A stretch of DNA of 53,487 bases, filler included, from Squatina squatina (lineage: Eukaryota): assembly GCA_031763465.1 (NCBI GenBank). It is 2 parts of 2 records of this genome, joined end to end, with 100 filler letters (N's around TTAATTAATTAA, not from the genome) between each part and the next. Parts side by side here need not be neighbours in the genome. Positions count along the whole stretch, not along the records: positions 21,716 to 53,487 come from JARFOE010000233.1; 1 more part is not named here. The stretch is one strand, 5' to 3'. The notes below the pieces were generated by a model. That model saw only the letters and a program-made list of their open reading frames with translations, searched no databases and was not told the DNA's origin. The position numbers and the translations under genes are program-made. This document shows, one piece after another, positions 22,071 through 35,323 of this stretch. Numbering within the stretch: the stretch's first letter is position 1; each line of letters starts with the position of its first letter.

Positions 22071-22436
22071 CCTCATAGTTTTAACGGTAAATCACAATGT
22101 ACTTGTTGTGATGCAGTTTCTTTTTCAGGCAGTTTTGCAGCTGAAGTAGTTGAGTGCTGACTGCTAACTATAAGATTGCAGATTTTGAGTCTTAGGATCA
22201 TAATATCTGAGGTGAAGAAATTTTGTCTGTTTTCAGTCGTGCTGTTAAATGGAGTGCATTGGNNNNNNNNNNGCATTGGCAATGTGGAGGGAAAGGTCTG
22301 AAGTTTGATTCAGACCACCTTCTGCCACCCAATATGGAGAGCAGTCTTCCCTGACCAGAAACTGCTTTTAGCTGGACTTGACTTTGGAACATGCTGTAAA
22401 GGATTAAAAAGTAACAATCATATAATTTTTCTTTAG

Positions 22437-22587
22437 GGCTCCAAATCTCCATCACCGAGGCCAAATGTACCAGTTCGCTTTTTCATTCTGAAGAGCAGCA
22501 ACCTTCGTAATCTTGAGATTTCTCAACAAAAGGGAATCTGGTCCACTACACCCAGCAATGAACGAAAACTAAACCGTGCATTTTGGG
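22437..22587 (+). CDS. YTHDC2: YTHDC2 exon, start of YTH domain, truncated by gap (GSKSPSPRPNVPVRFFILKSSNLRNLEISQQKGIWSTTPSNERKLNRAFW)
   Basis: Near-identical to the human YTHDC2 YTH N-terminal half; ctttag acceptor; missed by the ORF track. Confidence 0.95.
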
Positions 22588-22838
22588 NNNNNNNNNNNNN
22601 NNNNNNNNNNNNNNNNNNNNNNNNNNNNNNNNNNNNNNNNNNNNNNNNNNNNNNNNNNNNNNNNNNNNNNNNNNNNNNNNNNNNNNNCAAGGAACAAGAG
22701 AAAATTAGTCAACTGAAACATTCTAAGGCATCACTCAATTGCGAGCTAAAGAATGAGTCAGATCACCTAAAGAGAGGAATAAACTATACATTTTAAAAAC
22801 AATTTTTCTGTAATTAAAAATTGCTCTGATTTCTTTAG

Positions 22839-23021
22839 GGTTTTGCCAGAATGATCTCTGAGATAGGACGGGAGAGAAGCCAGGAGTGGGGTTCTGCTGG
22901 GCTCGGCGGCGTCTTCCGAGTGGAATGGATAAGAAAGGAAAGTCTTCCTTTCCAATATGCCCACCATCTACTCAACCCATGGAATGATAATAAGAAAGTC
23001 CAGATAAGCAGAGATGGACAG
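22839..23021 (+). CDS. YTHDC2: YTHDC2 exon, YTH domain (GFARMISEIGRERSQEWGSAGLGGVFRVEWIRKESLPFQYAHHLLNPWNDNKKVQISRDGQ)
   Basis: NPWNDNKKVQISRDGQ signature; 183 nt, phase 0-0, canonical sites. Confidence 0.96.
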
Positions 23022-24762
23022 GTAGGATCTAACATTCAGTATATGTACAGTATGTGCTTTCGTGCAAGATATTTTTCTTGCAGAAGATGCTGTACTTCTG
23101 TATCAGTTTAATTTTGTGCATTTGGATGAATTATTTTGATCTCTCAGAAATACTCACCAAAATGTTTTTTAAATTGCATATGAGTCTTGTCAGTTCTGTA
23201 TGGAGGGCGAATGGTTTAATTTGACCAGTTATTTGAACCTGAAGTCTACACATGAATGCTTTAAGAACTGGGCTAGTTGTCGTTACTTAGCTGTTCGTGC
23301 GTCCATTTTTAGAGCACCTCAATGCTGTAAAATGATGGAGGGTGATATGGAATACCTTCCCAAGTGAAGTCATATCCACAACACACAAGCGTAGGCAAAA
23401 GACATTGGTGTATGTAGGAATGGTGTCAAAGCCCATTGTGCGATGCACATTAATGGCTACATGTAATTTACACCCATTTGTTAACTGTTACGAGTCTGGT
23501 CTGCTACTCTGATGTACTTTTTCTGTTGTTAACCCTTGGTTTAACAGTATCTGGTATGATGCTGCTGGGCAAATTTCCAGATTGCCAATACTTCGGCTAC
23601 ATTTTCCTCAGACATTGCTGAAGTTATCCTTGAAACGTTTCCTCTGATCTGTGCNNNNNNNNNNNNNNNNNNNNNNNNNNNNNNNNNNNNNNNNNNNNNN
23701 NNNNNNNNNNNNNNNNNNNNNNNNNNNNNNNNNNNNNNNNNNNNNNNNNNNNNNGTTATTAGCTCGAAAGTACAAGAGCATTGTTAGTTAAAATGGTGGC
23801 CAAATTGAAACCTGTATAGCTGTTAAATAGATTGAGTTTAATCTTTGAAGATTTAAGCTTTGCACAGGAAGAAACTTGCTGTTCAGTGTATTAATTGTCT
23901 CAAAAGCTTTGGTAAACTTACAAGAAATTGTAAAAATGGCAGTAGTGTTGATACATTATGTTGTCTGAAGTTTATTGTTGGTCATAATGCAATTTAGTTT
24001 AATGGTTATTAGCCTCATTTTAAACCTAAGTTCGCAAATGTATCTGGTGGACTGAACTACTCAGCACTTTGAGGCATGTCGTCAAAATTTGAATACAAAC
24101 TAGTAATCTATTTATTATGCTGCATACAATGCAATGTATTTTTTGGCGGGGAATGAATGAGATGGTTTTTCACATTAACATTAATGGAAGCATGTTTCAT
24201 TGCTATGTGGCAAATGTATGCAAGTCAAACCTTTTCATTAAAATATTTCTTATAATGGACTGATTTTATGATCTCATCTAAAGTTCCATTATAATCAATA
24301 GAAGTGCTCAAGCCATAACAAAGCTCTCATGAGGAACCAAAGTCTACATTCGTTTGATTGTAGACAGACAACCTTTCCAAGAAAGAGTGAACTGTTTCGA
24401 TATGATGTACTAACTAGTAGTTCATCACTTGTCTAATCATCATTGTGGGTGAAAATTCTATACTTGACTCTTGATACTAGAATTTGAGTCTAAGCAATGC
24501 AGAAGGCAGCCTGGTGATGCAGTGGGTTGATTTACTAATGCACTTCACCATTGACTTGTAGAATGTAACTTTGCATCAAGAAATGCAACAGCGAGTTCTT
24601 GACTTCATTAGTTGCTGCTGAATGGAGGTAGCAGATACATCCACACAGGGAAGGAATGAATCNNNNNNNNNNNNNNNNNNNNNNNNNNNNNNNNNNNNNN
24701 NNNNNNNNNNNNNNNNNNNNNNNNNNNNNNNNNNNNNNNNNNNNNNNNNNNNNNNNNNNNNN

Positions 24763-25282
24763 TCCTGGTTCTTTTGCCCAACACCTTCAGTCTGTGCCCT
24801 CTGATTATCAACCTTTCAGCATTGGAAACAGTTTCTCCTTTATTTACTCTATCTAAACCCTTCGTGACTTTAAACACCTCTATCAAATCTCTTTGTAGCC
24901 TTCTCTCTTCTAAGACAACCCCAACTTCTGCAGAGAATCCACGTATTTGTAATCCCTCATCCCTGGAACCGTTCTAGTAAATTTCTTTATCTTCTCCAAA
25001 GCCTGTACGTTTTTCTTAACGTGTGTTGCTCAGAATTGGACACAATACTCCAGCTGGGGCTGAACTAGTGTCTTATATCGATTTAGAATAATTTCCTGGC
25101 TTTTGTACTCTGTCTCTATTTATAAATCCCAGGATTCCATATGCTTTATTAACTGCTTTGTCAACCTGTCCTGCAGCCTTCAAAGATTTGTGCACAAAAC
25201 ACCCTTGGGTGTTTCTGTTCTTGCACCCTCTTTAAAATTGTACCATTGAGCTTGTATTATCTCGTCTCATTTACCTCACATT
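24763..25282 (-). mobile_element. CR1 3' fragment
   Basis: IEVFKVTKGLDRVN..RGHRLKVLGKRTR; gaattggacacaatactccagct motif. Confidence 0.85.
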
Positions 25283-26262
25283 NNNNNNNNNNNNNNNNNN
25301 NNNNNNNNNNNNNNNNNNNNNNNNNNNNNNNNNNNNNNNNNNNNNNNNNNNNNNNNNNNNNNNNNNNNNNNNNNNNNNNNNNCATGAGAGACTAAATAGA
25401 GACGATGGACCTGACCTCAGTTTTATTTGCTTGATTATAATGGGACGGCATTATTGAGCAAGCCTTCCTTCCTCAATTAAGAGATCTCTATTGGGGTCAG
25501 GTGACATTACTCATATGAATGAGTCACTTGTAATCTTTAAATAAAGACGCAAGTTTTTATTATTCAAAGCACATGAGTATAAGACAGGTTTGTTAATCTG
25601 AACTGTGTCTGAGTATCTTGTGCTTTTTAGCAATTTTATGCAGTTTGTTAATATAATAGCACCTTAGAAACTATTGGAAAGATCTGTTTATATCTTAGGA
25701 ATAGAAAAAAAGATTTTTGTGAAGTGGATAAATTCTTTAGTGAACAACTGCTGTTGTAAAACATTCAGCCTTCCAGCATTTTCCTTGTACTTCATTATTG
25801 GTCTTGAAAAATGAATTTCATTTTCTGAATAAAATTGTTTTGGAAATTGTTATTTGCCAGAATACTTGAATAAAATTAAAGCAGAATAATAATTAGACTG
25901 CAATGAATGAATTTAAAAAATCAAACCTTTTCAAGCAGCATTTGATAAATTCTGTATTGACAAATTAACAGGGCCTCCATAAAACATGACTACAATTCCA
26001 AGGTAAACACTAAATTGGCCTCCTTAGCACCTCCCGTTAGCGCCTCCAGGGGGTTTTGCACTGGCACTAAGACTGGCCGCCTCGGTCCCCAGCGCCCCGC
26101 ATGACATTATCCTGTGCGCAGCACCCCATTAGCGCCCCAGATCAGAAATTCCCTCTTGTCCCNNNNNNNNNNNNNNNNNNNNNNNNNNNNNNNNNNNNNN
26201 NNNNNNNNNNNNNNNNNNNNNNNNNNNNNNNNNNNNNNNNNNNNNNNNNNNNNNNNNNNNNN

Positions 26263-26540
26263 GCAAAGGGCTCAGCCATACCCCTGCCAAGAATGGACAT
26301 CACCATCTCCTCCAAAGGGGTGAGGTGAAGCTAGGAATGGGAGGTGTACCTCGTATTTGGTTGAGATTGTTGGTAGGTGAGTGATGGTGTACGGCAGGGT
26401 GGGGGAGGGGGAGGTGGTTTGTGCAGTGAGCAGTAAGTGAGGCTAGTGGTGCAGTTGTTAGGAGGTGGCTTTTGGAAGATGCATTCACTAACCTTGACCA
26501 CTGGCCTGAGGTCATCAAGCTTCTTTGGGCACTGGAGCAT
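26263..26540 (-). mobile_element. Harbinger Myb/SANT-gene fragment
   Basis: MLQCPKKLDDLRPVVK followed by a gttagt donor; intron similar to 28700-28830. Confidence 0.6.
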
Positions 26541-26972
26541 TTCCATATATGAAAACTGAAATGTGTATTGCTTTTGATGGTCAACACCTTATGTTTTTAT
26601 GTTCTCAATGCTGTTATTTCCAAACATTCTCATTCGTTCAGCTCATTAATGCCAGGTTGGACCTGACTTTAACTATCCTCTTTTGGGATTGTTCCTCAGC
26701 TGTATAATTTTACAAATGTTTCCCATAATTGGCCTTTCACAAGAGTTTTTCATGCCTTTTTGCTAAGGTTCATTACTCATTTTCCGGAGCGATAATAATC
26801 CTCAGAGAAGCCTGGAAGCACCAAGCATTGACGAAAAGTCCATTATATTATCGACGGCTTTTTAGAAATGTCTACTTTTGTAACAGATGTGTTACAGCAT
26901 CATTTGATTAAAGACTAATACAGCGCCTTTCCATATACGAAAACTGAAATGTATACCGCTTTTGATTGTCAA
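26540..26972 (+). repeat. 45-bp dispersed direct repeat (26540-26584 and 26928-26972)
   Basis: tttccatatatgaaaactgaaatgtgtattgcttttgatggtcaa versus second copy, 40/45 identical. Confidence 0.85.
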
Positions 26973-27504
26973 GGGAAACCTGACTAATGGATCTTCTGTC
27001 TTCCAAATGGACATGAGTCATCTGCACAAATTCACAATTGATTTCAAAGTAATCATGCTGTCTAGAATTAAGAGTACAGGAAGGCCATGTGACAGTACTT
27101 TTGTTAATTCAAGTTAAAGCATAGCTTTAAAAAGAAGCACATCATAAAAGGTAATTAAGATAAGAATAAAATTAACCCTAACGCTGCTGACAAGTTTGGG
27201 GACATTCCAATATGCCCGGGTCAACTGGTTTTGTGTGTTTTCAGCTAATGCAAAGCGACATGTAAATAATACAAATAATATCAACAATGGTTTTATTATA
27301 AAGGGGTTAATTTNNNNNNNNNNACCTAAGTCGCGGGTGTGAAACTGAAAAGATCAGACCAGTCGTTCGTTTTAAATGCTGCCTGATTTTACTTTCCATT
27401 AGCCTGGTTCCCCAGCTGGGCCCTACTTTTGGTGATCCAGTGTCCTGTGTGTACTAGATTCATTCTGGCATTCAGGTAGCTGCATAGACAGGCAGATCAA
27501 GTGT

Positions 27505-27655
27505 TGGCATAAAATAAGCGATATCGATTCAACCGCCAGTTATACATCTCACCTGATTTTCATGTCCATTGACTTTAATAGAAATAAATTTTGGGTGAGA
27601 TGTATAATGGGGGCTGAATTGATAGCACCCAATATATATTATCACCCAAGTCCAA
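27505..27655. mobile_element. Palindromic MITE-like element
   Basis: Perfect 14-bp arms ttatacatctcacc (27540-27553) and ggtgagatgtataa (27594-27607), extending imperfectly outward. Confidence 0.65.
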
Positions 27656-28249
27656 ATGACTCCACTGAGTGTAATTTATTTGAGATATTCCATCTTATCT
27701 ATATTAAAAAACAATCTAGATTATACAATTAGACAATCTTCAGAAAAAGAACCCTTGCGGAACACTGAAAATTATGATCAAGGGTCACTCTCGAAATGTC
27801 AACCTATCATTTTTCTTTCAGATGCTAACTAATCTACTGTGTATTTCTAGCTGTTTAATGAAAAAATTGTGATTTAACATTCTTTAGTTTATGGAACAAT
27901 TTGAGCTTGTTGGGGCTGGAAATCTGTGAGATCGTATGTGCATGAGTGCTTGGACGTACCCAACGGAAATCTTCACCACTGGGCCTACTGGTCTTTCCAG
28001 AATCAGGGAGAGGCTCCCTACCTGAAACCCAATGAGAGGCATAGGGAGCAACTCTAAAAACATAAAAACATTGTACTTGCCTCGAATCTTCANNNNNNNN
28101 NNNNNNNNNNNNNNNNNNNNNNNNNNNNNNNNNNNNNNNNNNNNNNNNNNNNNNNNNNNNNNNNNNNNNNNNNNNNNNNNNNNNNNNNNNNNGGCAACGG
28201 CAACAAAGCACTTCCAGCAACAAGTCACCGATTTCTGAGAACAAAATGG

Positions 28250-29375
28250 CTACTGCTCACAGCTGGTTAAATAGCGCTCAAAATTACGTCCATTCCAGGT
28301 GTCACCGCCCAAAAAACAGGGCGCTGCCACCGCCAAGTTAACGATTCAAAAACGGAGATCAATTCAATGTCGGGGGTGTGAGAGGAAGGATTAGGTAGGA
28401 GGATACTGTCATCTTCGGTGGTTACCGCCCCACCACTGGCCACAGCTCGGCATGGGCCATTCCAATAACGGTCAGCACCGTGTCCTCCATGAGGGTAGGA
28501 CATGCAGGCTCACCTGTCCTCCTCCAGTTAGCTCCTGCTGCCTCTGGTTGTGCGCCATGCTGGAAGAGAGAGGGAAGTGTGTCAGTGAGTGTAATGCAAT
28601 CTGTTCAGGTCATGGTTGAATAGCAAGCTGTGAGATGTGTGAATGAGGCTTGCAGCAGTGCCAAGTGTGTGAAGGTGAGGTGATGCATAAAAATGTTAGG
28701 TATGAGTCCTGATTGATAAAGATTGTTGGTAAGTGAGCGATGTGGGTGTGGTGAATTGAGCAGTGGTTGAGGCTAGTGGTGCAGTTGGTAGGATATGCAT
28801 TTACTGACCTGGACCACTCGTATGAGGTCATTGAACTTTTTGCAGCACTGGATCCAGGTCCTTGGGGCTTGACTCCTGGCACTGACCTGCATGGCTATCT
28901 GCTCCTGCTGCCTTTTTACCATGTGTCTGGAGGGCCTCCTACCCCACTGCAGATAAAAGACAATTCTCCTCCTTTCCTCCTCCTCCACCAAGACTTCCAG
29001 TGTAGCATCCTCAATACCTTGGAGCCTGCGCTCTCCCTTGTTGTGGCATTCCTCACTGTTTCCTAGGACAGCTTCACTTCCTGCACGATTCCTAGCCCCA
29101 CTTCTCCAGCCACAGTGCATCTCCCCTTTAAGAGGTGCAGTCTGGTGTTAAGTAGTGCAGATTAGCTTTAAGTGGTGCTAGCCTCGCACAATCTTGGGCC
29201 ACCTGCTGATGCTTTCAGACACTCAACAGCGGATTTAGTGTTGGTTGCATGCAGCAATCATGTAAATTAACAGGTACATGAAGTCGGCGTGCTGCCTGCA
29301 TCGGAAGCAACAGGCGCGGGTCAATTGCGCATCATGATCCACGTAACCGTTTTCAGGGGTTACCGAATTTAGCCA
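28250..29375 (-). mobile_element. PIF/Harbinger element with spliced Myb/SANT gene, degenerate
   Basis: DATLEVLVEEEERRR..F..RRPSRH..VSARSQAPRTWIQCCKKFNDLIRVVQ, intron, then MAHNQRQQELTGGG. Confidence 0.75.
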
Positions 29376-31214
29376 CCACTATGTTATGTTCTACTTATTT
29401 ATGGTACATAGTGTAGTTTGCAATTTAACCTCAGAGTTCTCTAGAATAAACAAATCTACTTTCCTTAATTGTCAATTTATGTTTTATCATTCAGTCATTA
29501 CCATGGAAACCAGTACAGGGCTCTTTATGTAATGACTCCAGTTAGCGTGTGGGTGGCAGACTGAGGCAACAGAATGCTTTCAGCTCTCAGAGGTCACTGT
29601 AGAATAAGAATTTACAATGTTAAAAGCACAGTTACATATCCACTTCCACCAAAGGTGAAGGGGAGTAGAATATACATCTCTACTCTCACCTTGTTTGTTA
29701 AAAGTACGGACGATGTTTAAGGAAATTAAGTGCTCTAACCCAGTCACTGGACTGTCATTCCATGTTAGATTAAGTACAATATGAGATGATATTTATCTGA
29801 CAGGAGATACTGGCTCACCAGCTGATGAGGCTCAGATGTTATTAATTGTAGACTAATCATATTCACCAGCAGCATCTTCCATCATTTTCATTAACACCAT
29901 TCCTCTCAACTCAAGCTATATTGATCCCATATGGTGTTGTCAGAAGATGCTATTTATCAACGCCTGAAAAACGTTGCCATCAGGCCAACACTTGCTGGTA
30001 AATAACTACAATAACTACAATCTGAAGTTTGTGATCAAGGGTTATAAATGTGTTGTAAAATATTTCTGCTAATTAAAATGTTTTTTTTTCCTCAAAAGGA
30101 CATTTTTGGAAACTTTTGCTGTCTGACAGGTTGATTGAAGCATTTCTTTTCACATTCTTCTTTTGGATCCCTGTCTCTCGGTCCCAGTTACCTGTTTGAA
30201 CTATTAACGGGGGAAATGGATTCACCAGAACTATGGAGTCTACTGGAGCAATGGTGAGATGTCCACTTTTTACAGCCATCAGCAGAAGGCATAAGCACCT
30301 GGCCTGGGTAAAATTCCCATCCCCAATCAGCATGCTCCTGAATAACACCTTTCATCGTAAGTCCCAGATTAAACACAGGTCTGAATTAATCAGGTAGAAA
30401 TCGGTTCAGCCCACTTTCAGGCCCAAATTTGGCTGCAAGTGCGTGGTGGAAGCCAAAGGCCCGAGCCTCATCCGAAATTGGGCCTCAGGCCTCATTTTAA
30501 TTATATAGGCGAGTTGTCAGGACCGCTCGCACCTTCAGAGGCAGCTCGCCCAGAGTTGGAGATTACCTTTGGGCCTGCTGCCTCAGTAGTGCTCAGGTAA
30601 TTTTTCGAGGTGGTGCGAGGAAAAAAAACAACAGAAGTGGAACGATCTCAGGCCAGCAATGGCCCTCGGGACTGCTGTAGAGCTGGGAGTAGGCCTGTTG
30701 ACCAATACCGATTCGCCCTTAAGCAGGCGTTAGGCTTCTCATTAGCATATGCATGGAGCCCAGGGTCTGTTTTCAGGTGGCTGCCCGGGACGCTTGAAAA
30801 ATGTCCGAACGATGTATTTCAGGCCTCCTTCGGGTGCAGCCCAGCAAAATTGGTAATTTTTGCCCCCATTCTCTCCCTGGAAAATGAGCACGACAAAGGC
30901 AAGTTCTTACCCCAGTGCTTTTTTGTAGGCCTCAGTAACTAGAGCTGGATGTAGCTGCAGTCAAAGCAGAGCACTATGTGTTTGGCCACAACTCCCTCTG
31001 ATTTTTATTCTAGCTTTGGCTATTTTGTTGATTGCTGCTCTGGACACGTAGAGCATTGAATCTAACTACGACTGCTAGGTCTCTTTTCACTGCATTCCTA
31101 GCCACTTCAGCACCATTCAAGGAGTGTGCATGTGTTGCTTATTTTTCATTCCCATGTGCAGCACTTTACACTTGTCTGCATTCAATTTCATCTGCTACTG
31201 TTCTGTCCATGTAC

Positions 31215-32870
31215 TGAAGTAGTCAGTCCCAACACCAAGCCCTTATGCGCCCAACTCAGTACTCCACCACCACTCACCCCACCCGAGCATACCTCCTAAC
31301 ACTCATTTTCTGCCCTTCAGCCAGTTTTTAATCCATTCCCAGAGTATGCCCCAAAGTTTTGACAGCTTTAAGTTTGATTAATAGGGTTTTTCGTGTGTAA
31401 CGTTGTCAAATGTCTTTTGGAAGTCTACGTACACTAAGGCTTTCTACAGATCACTTGGGATGTCACTTCCTCAAAGAAGCCAAGGAGACTGGTCAGACGA
31501 CAGGATCTTTCCCTTTGAATCCTTGTTGGCTACATTATTATTCTACAGTTTTCTCCTGACAATTAATTCCATTACTTTATATAGAATGGAAGTGGGACGA
31601 ATTGATCTGTAATTTCCCTGTATCAGTTTTCTCAACCTTTCTGAAAACAAGCACCAAACTGGCCAATTTCAATCCACTGGTACCCCTGCCCCTCCAAATA
31701 ACTCTGATAGTCACTCACAAATTTTCTCCTGGTCCCTCTCAGAGTTGTGCATAAATACTGCCCATTTCCGATGTTTTGAGCTCTTAATCGCCTGTCTAGG
31801 ACTTCCATCTTGTTTATATCAATTTCATTGAGTTTACTTTAGTTATCTCGATTTTCTCTTGTGAATACTTGGAGGAATGTTTACTACCTTAGAATCATTG
31901 ACTCTTACAGCACAGAAGGGAGCTATCTGGTCCGTCGTACCTAGGCTGACTCTTTGAAAGAGCTGTCCAATTTAGTCCCACACCCCAGCTTTCTCCNNNN
32001 NNNNNNNNNNNNNNNNNNNNNNNNNNNNNNNNNNNNNNNNNNNNNNNNNNNNNNNNNNNNNNNNNNNNNNNNNNNNNNNNNNNNNNNNNNNNNNNNTGCT
32101 TTTCAATTCTATTCCTCTAGAAAGGATTGCCAGTGTTTGTATTTTTATGACCTTGTTAACCTATGTTGCTTCATTTAATGATTTGTGAATCTGTACCCCA
32201 GATCCCTTTCCTCCTTCATCCCATTTAGACTCTTATGTTCCAAGGAGTATATGGCTTCCTTATTCCTCCTATCAAAATGTAAAACCTCACACTTAGCTAT
32301 ATTGAAATTAATTTGCCATTTACACACCCATTCTGCAGGTTTGTTAAGTACTTATATTGTGTCACAGTCTTTCTCACTACTCACGATGCCCCCCAATTTG
32401 GAGTCATCTGCAAATTTTGAAATTGTACTTGATCCCTAAATCCAAATTATTTATGTAAATGGCGTACAACAGTGGTCCCAGCACCGATCCCAGTGGAACA
32501 CCATTTCCCACCATCCTCCAGTCTGAATAAGTACCTTTAACCCCTATGCTCTGTTTTCTGTTTTATAGCCAACTTGCTATCTATTTTCTACTTGTCCCCT
32601 GACTCTGCCTGCTCTGACCTTAGTCATGAGTCTACTATGTGGTACCTTTTGAAAATCCAAATATATTACATCTACCACATTGCCCTTATCTACTCTTTCT
32701 GTTACTACTTAAAAAAATTCAGAAAGGTAGGTCACCCTTTTGAAATCCATGTTGACTATTCTATATTATATTTTGGTTTCTAGACATTTTTCTATTACAT
32801 CATTGAGTAAAGATTCCATTATCTTTCCTAACACTGACATTAAGCAAACTGGTCTATAGTTCCCAGGGAT
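31215..32870 (-). mobile_element. Cluster of degenerate CR1 fragments
   Basis: gagtcatctgcaaattt (KFADDS), ggtcccagcaccgatcccagtggaacacca (GVPLGSVLGP), ctggtctatagttccc (NYRP) on the minus strand. Confidence 0.8.
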
Positions 32871-33486
32871 AGCAAGCTGGCTACAAGACAGAGAGCAGGG
32901 TTGTTCACCATCTGCAGAAGCACAGAGCTTGGAGCAAGAGCTGAGTGAATCGCAGTCAGAGTGGAGGTTGAGAATTTGGTCACAGTAGGAATTCGGTGGA
33001 GAGGAGGAAGGCAGTTTCTCATGCCCAACTCAAAAAGAATTGGAGCAACAGAACCTGAGGAATCAAAGATAAGTATCTAGGTTAAGTATCTAGATATCTA
33101 ATATTTAGGTTCTTTGTGTTTACTGATCTGTGGTTCTTGTTAAGCTTGAGTAAATAATTGGTCTTTGGTTAGTTCGCTTTGAGGAGCGAATGGAAAAATA
33201 ACAGTGTAGTTTAATACATTAAAACAGTTTAGACCTAGTTAAAAACAATTATATAAATAATCACCTTATATCTATGGAATTTTTTTAAAGTTTCTAATTA
33301 GAATGGAGGAACAGCTGTGACCCATAGTTTGCAATTCCTGCACCATGTGGAAACTTTTGGATGTTTCATTTTTTCCCCAGAGACCCACGCGTGCAGGAAG
33401 TAACTCCAGCTGCTCGAGCTCAAGCTAAGGGTTTCTGAGTTTGAGGGGCAGTTGGATTCACTGCAGGGCATATGGATGGCTCAATT
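32871..33486 (+). mobile_element. CR1-type 5' UTR and ORF1 start
   Basis: VCNSCTMW..HACRK zinc-binding-like motif near 33325-33400, with stops. Confidence 0.5.
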
Positions 33487-34437
33487 NNNNNNNNNNNNNN
33501 NNNNNNNNNNNNNNNNNNNNNNNNNNNNNNNNNNNNNNNNNNNNNNNNNNNNNNNNNNNNNNNNNNNNNNNNNNNNNNNNNNNNNNACCAATTAGGAGAA
33601 GTGCCCACCTCGTTCCATGTGGTCGCACACCAGCATTGCAAAAGGATGTTGGATTGAAAGGGGGTTGAGAGAGTTATGTGGAAGCAATCTGTTTGATTTA
33701 TAGGAGTAGGAGGAGGCCATTCAGTCCCTCGAGCTTGCTCCACCATTCAGTTAGATGGTGGCTGATCATTCAACATTAGATGAATGTTAGATGATAAGTG
33801 ATCTGTCTTCTATTATTTCTTCACTGTTACTGTGAGATTTTTCACTCAAGACCCTTAGAATGAGATTTTCACAAGTTGTTTGAATGCTGGATAATGTCAT
33901 CAGCTTTCGACTGGATGTTTCAATGATGTGCAGTAGATGAAAGAAACGGAATCTGAATTGTAAAATTGTATTTGGCCTGATATACAAAATGAATAGAGGT
34001 TTAAAGCTTGTGGTGGGTGTTAAAGTAACTAAAAGAACAGAGGATAAATTAAGCATGTATATATTCTTACTTCAAAGGGTTCTTTATTTACCAGTCATCT
34101 AAAGATTCCAAAACAGAGGTTGCAGCCTTCGTTGTAATCCAGATAAAGCTTTGTGATACTGGCCTTATTTTTCTGTGCGTACATCTGAAAACCTAGAGCA
34201 GTTTACAAAATACAGATATGCAAACTTTCTGCATGTAAATCTCTAAAAATCTTTACTTTAACTTCAGTGTCGGTGAATCACACTGCAATAACTGGCTGGT
34301 AAACAATTATACAAATCACTGATGGTTCAGGATTACCATCCAGCACTGTGCGATATTCCCGTTCAATGGAACACCTCAGTAATATATTCATTGCTGACAT
34401 CAGCTGAATAGCTGCTTGGCAACAGTCATGTCTCCAG

Positions 34438-35323
34438 AAGGCTGTAATGGGGCAATCAAAAAATAGATTTTGGCCTCCAGTTAAGGAGACATGTAATGTG
34501 ATTTTGCATTCTGATTAATGAAGGGAGTAGCTTACATTGGAAGTATAGTGAAATTATAAACAGGTTTATGTTTATGCTTAGAAGACCATGTTTAAGATAA
34601 CAATTATCTCCATATATCCAAAAGTATATATTTCATATACAAAATCTGAGCCAATAATAAGTTACTATCCCTGGATATAATATCTAATTATAATAATACT
34701 ATATTTAATACTATGATTATAATAATACTATAATGGAGAAGAATGGCCTAACTACTTTCTTAGTATATAGAAAGCAACAAATCTAAACCACTATCTGTAA
34801 TTTGATTGACAGACTCCAGTGGAGATAAAATAATTTGGCACACTGCTTCCAATGGCTGCATTGTAAGCAATGAACTTTTAATAAGAACTTGAAACATTCC
34901 AAAATCTCTAAGAAGCAACAGTTATTGTGAATAAATTATAAGTGGTTCAAAATTATACTCATAAAGGTCTAACTTCAATATTGTTGTGCCCATTTTATGT
35001 GCCTAAAATGAACGCAAGATTAGCCAATTTAGTAGGGCAGAGACCATGCCTGAACTGCATAGGCATTCAGGCCACTGCTAAATTGGGTGGGCCTCTTCNN
35101 NNNNNNNNTTTTTAGATGAACCTGGTGGCCGCCTGAAATAAGTGTAGGCCTAGATATGAAATGAGGCTCTTGTGCTCATTTCTAACCTGGATTCGTAAAT
35201 TGGTTTACACTAGTCGGACACTGGTATTTCTGGGTCTTGAGCAGCCTAGCCAGCAGTCAATAAAGGCTGTAATGAGGCAATCAAAAATTAGATTCTGGCT
35301 TCCAGTTACGGAGAGATGTAATG
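34438..35323 (+). repeat. 61-bp dispersed direct repeat (34438-34498 and 35263-35323)
   Basis: aaggctgtaatggggcaatcaaaaaatagattttggcctccagttaaggagacatgtaatg versus second copy, 55/61 identical. Confidence 0.85.
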
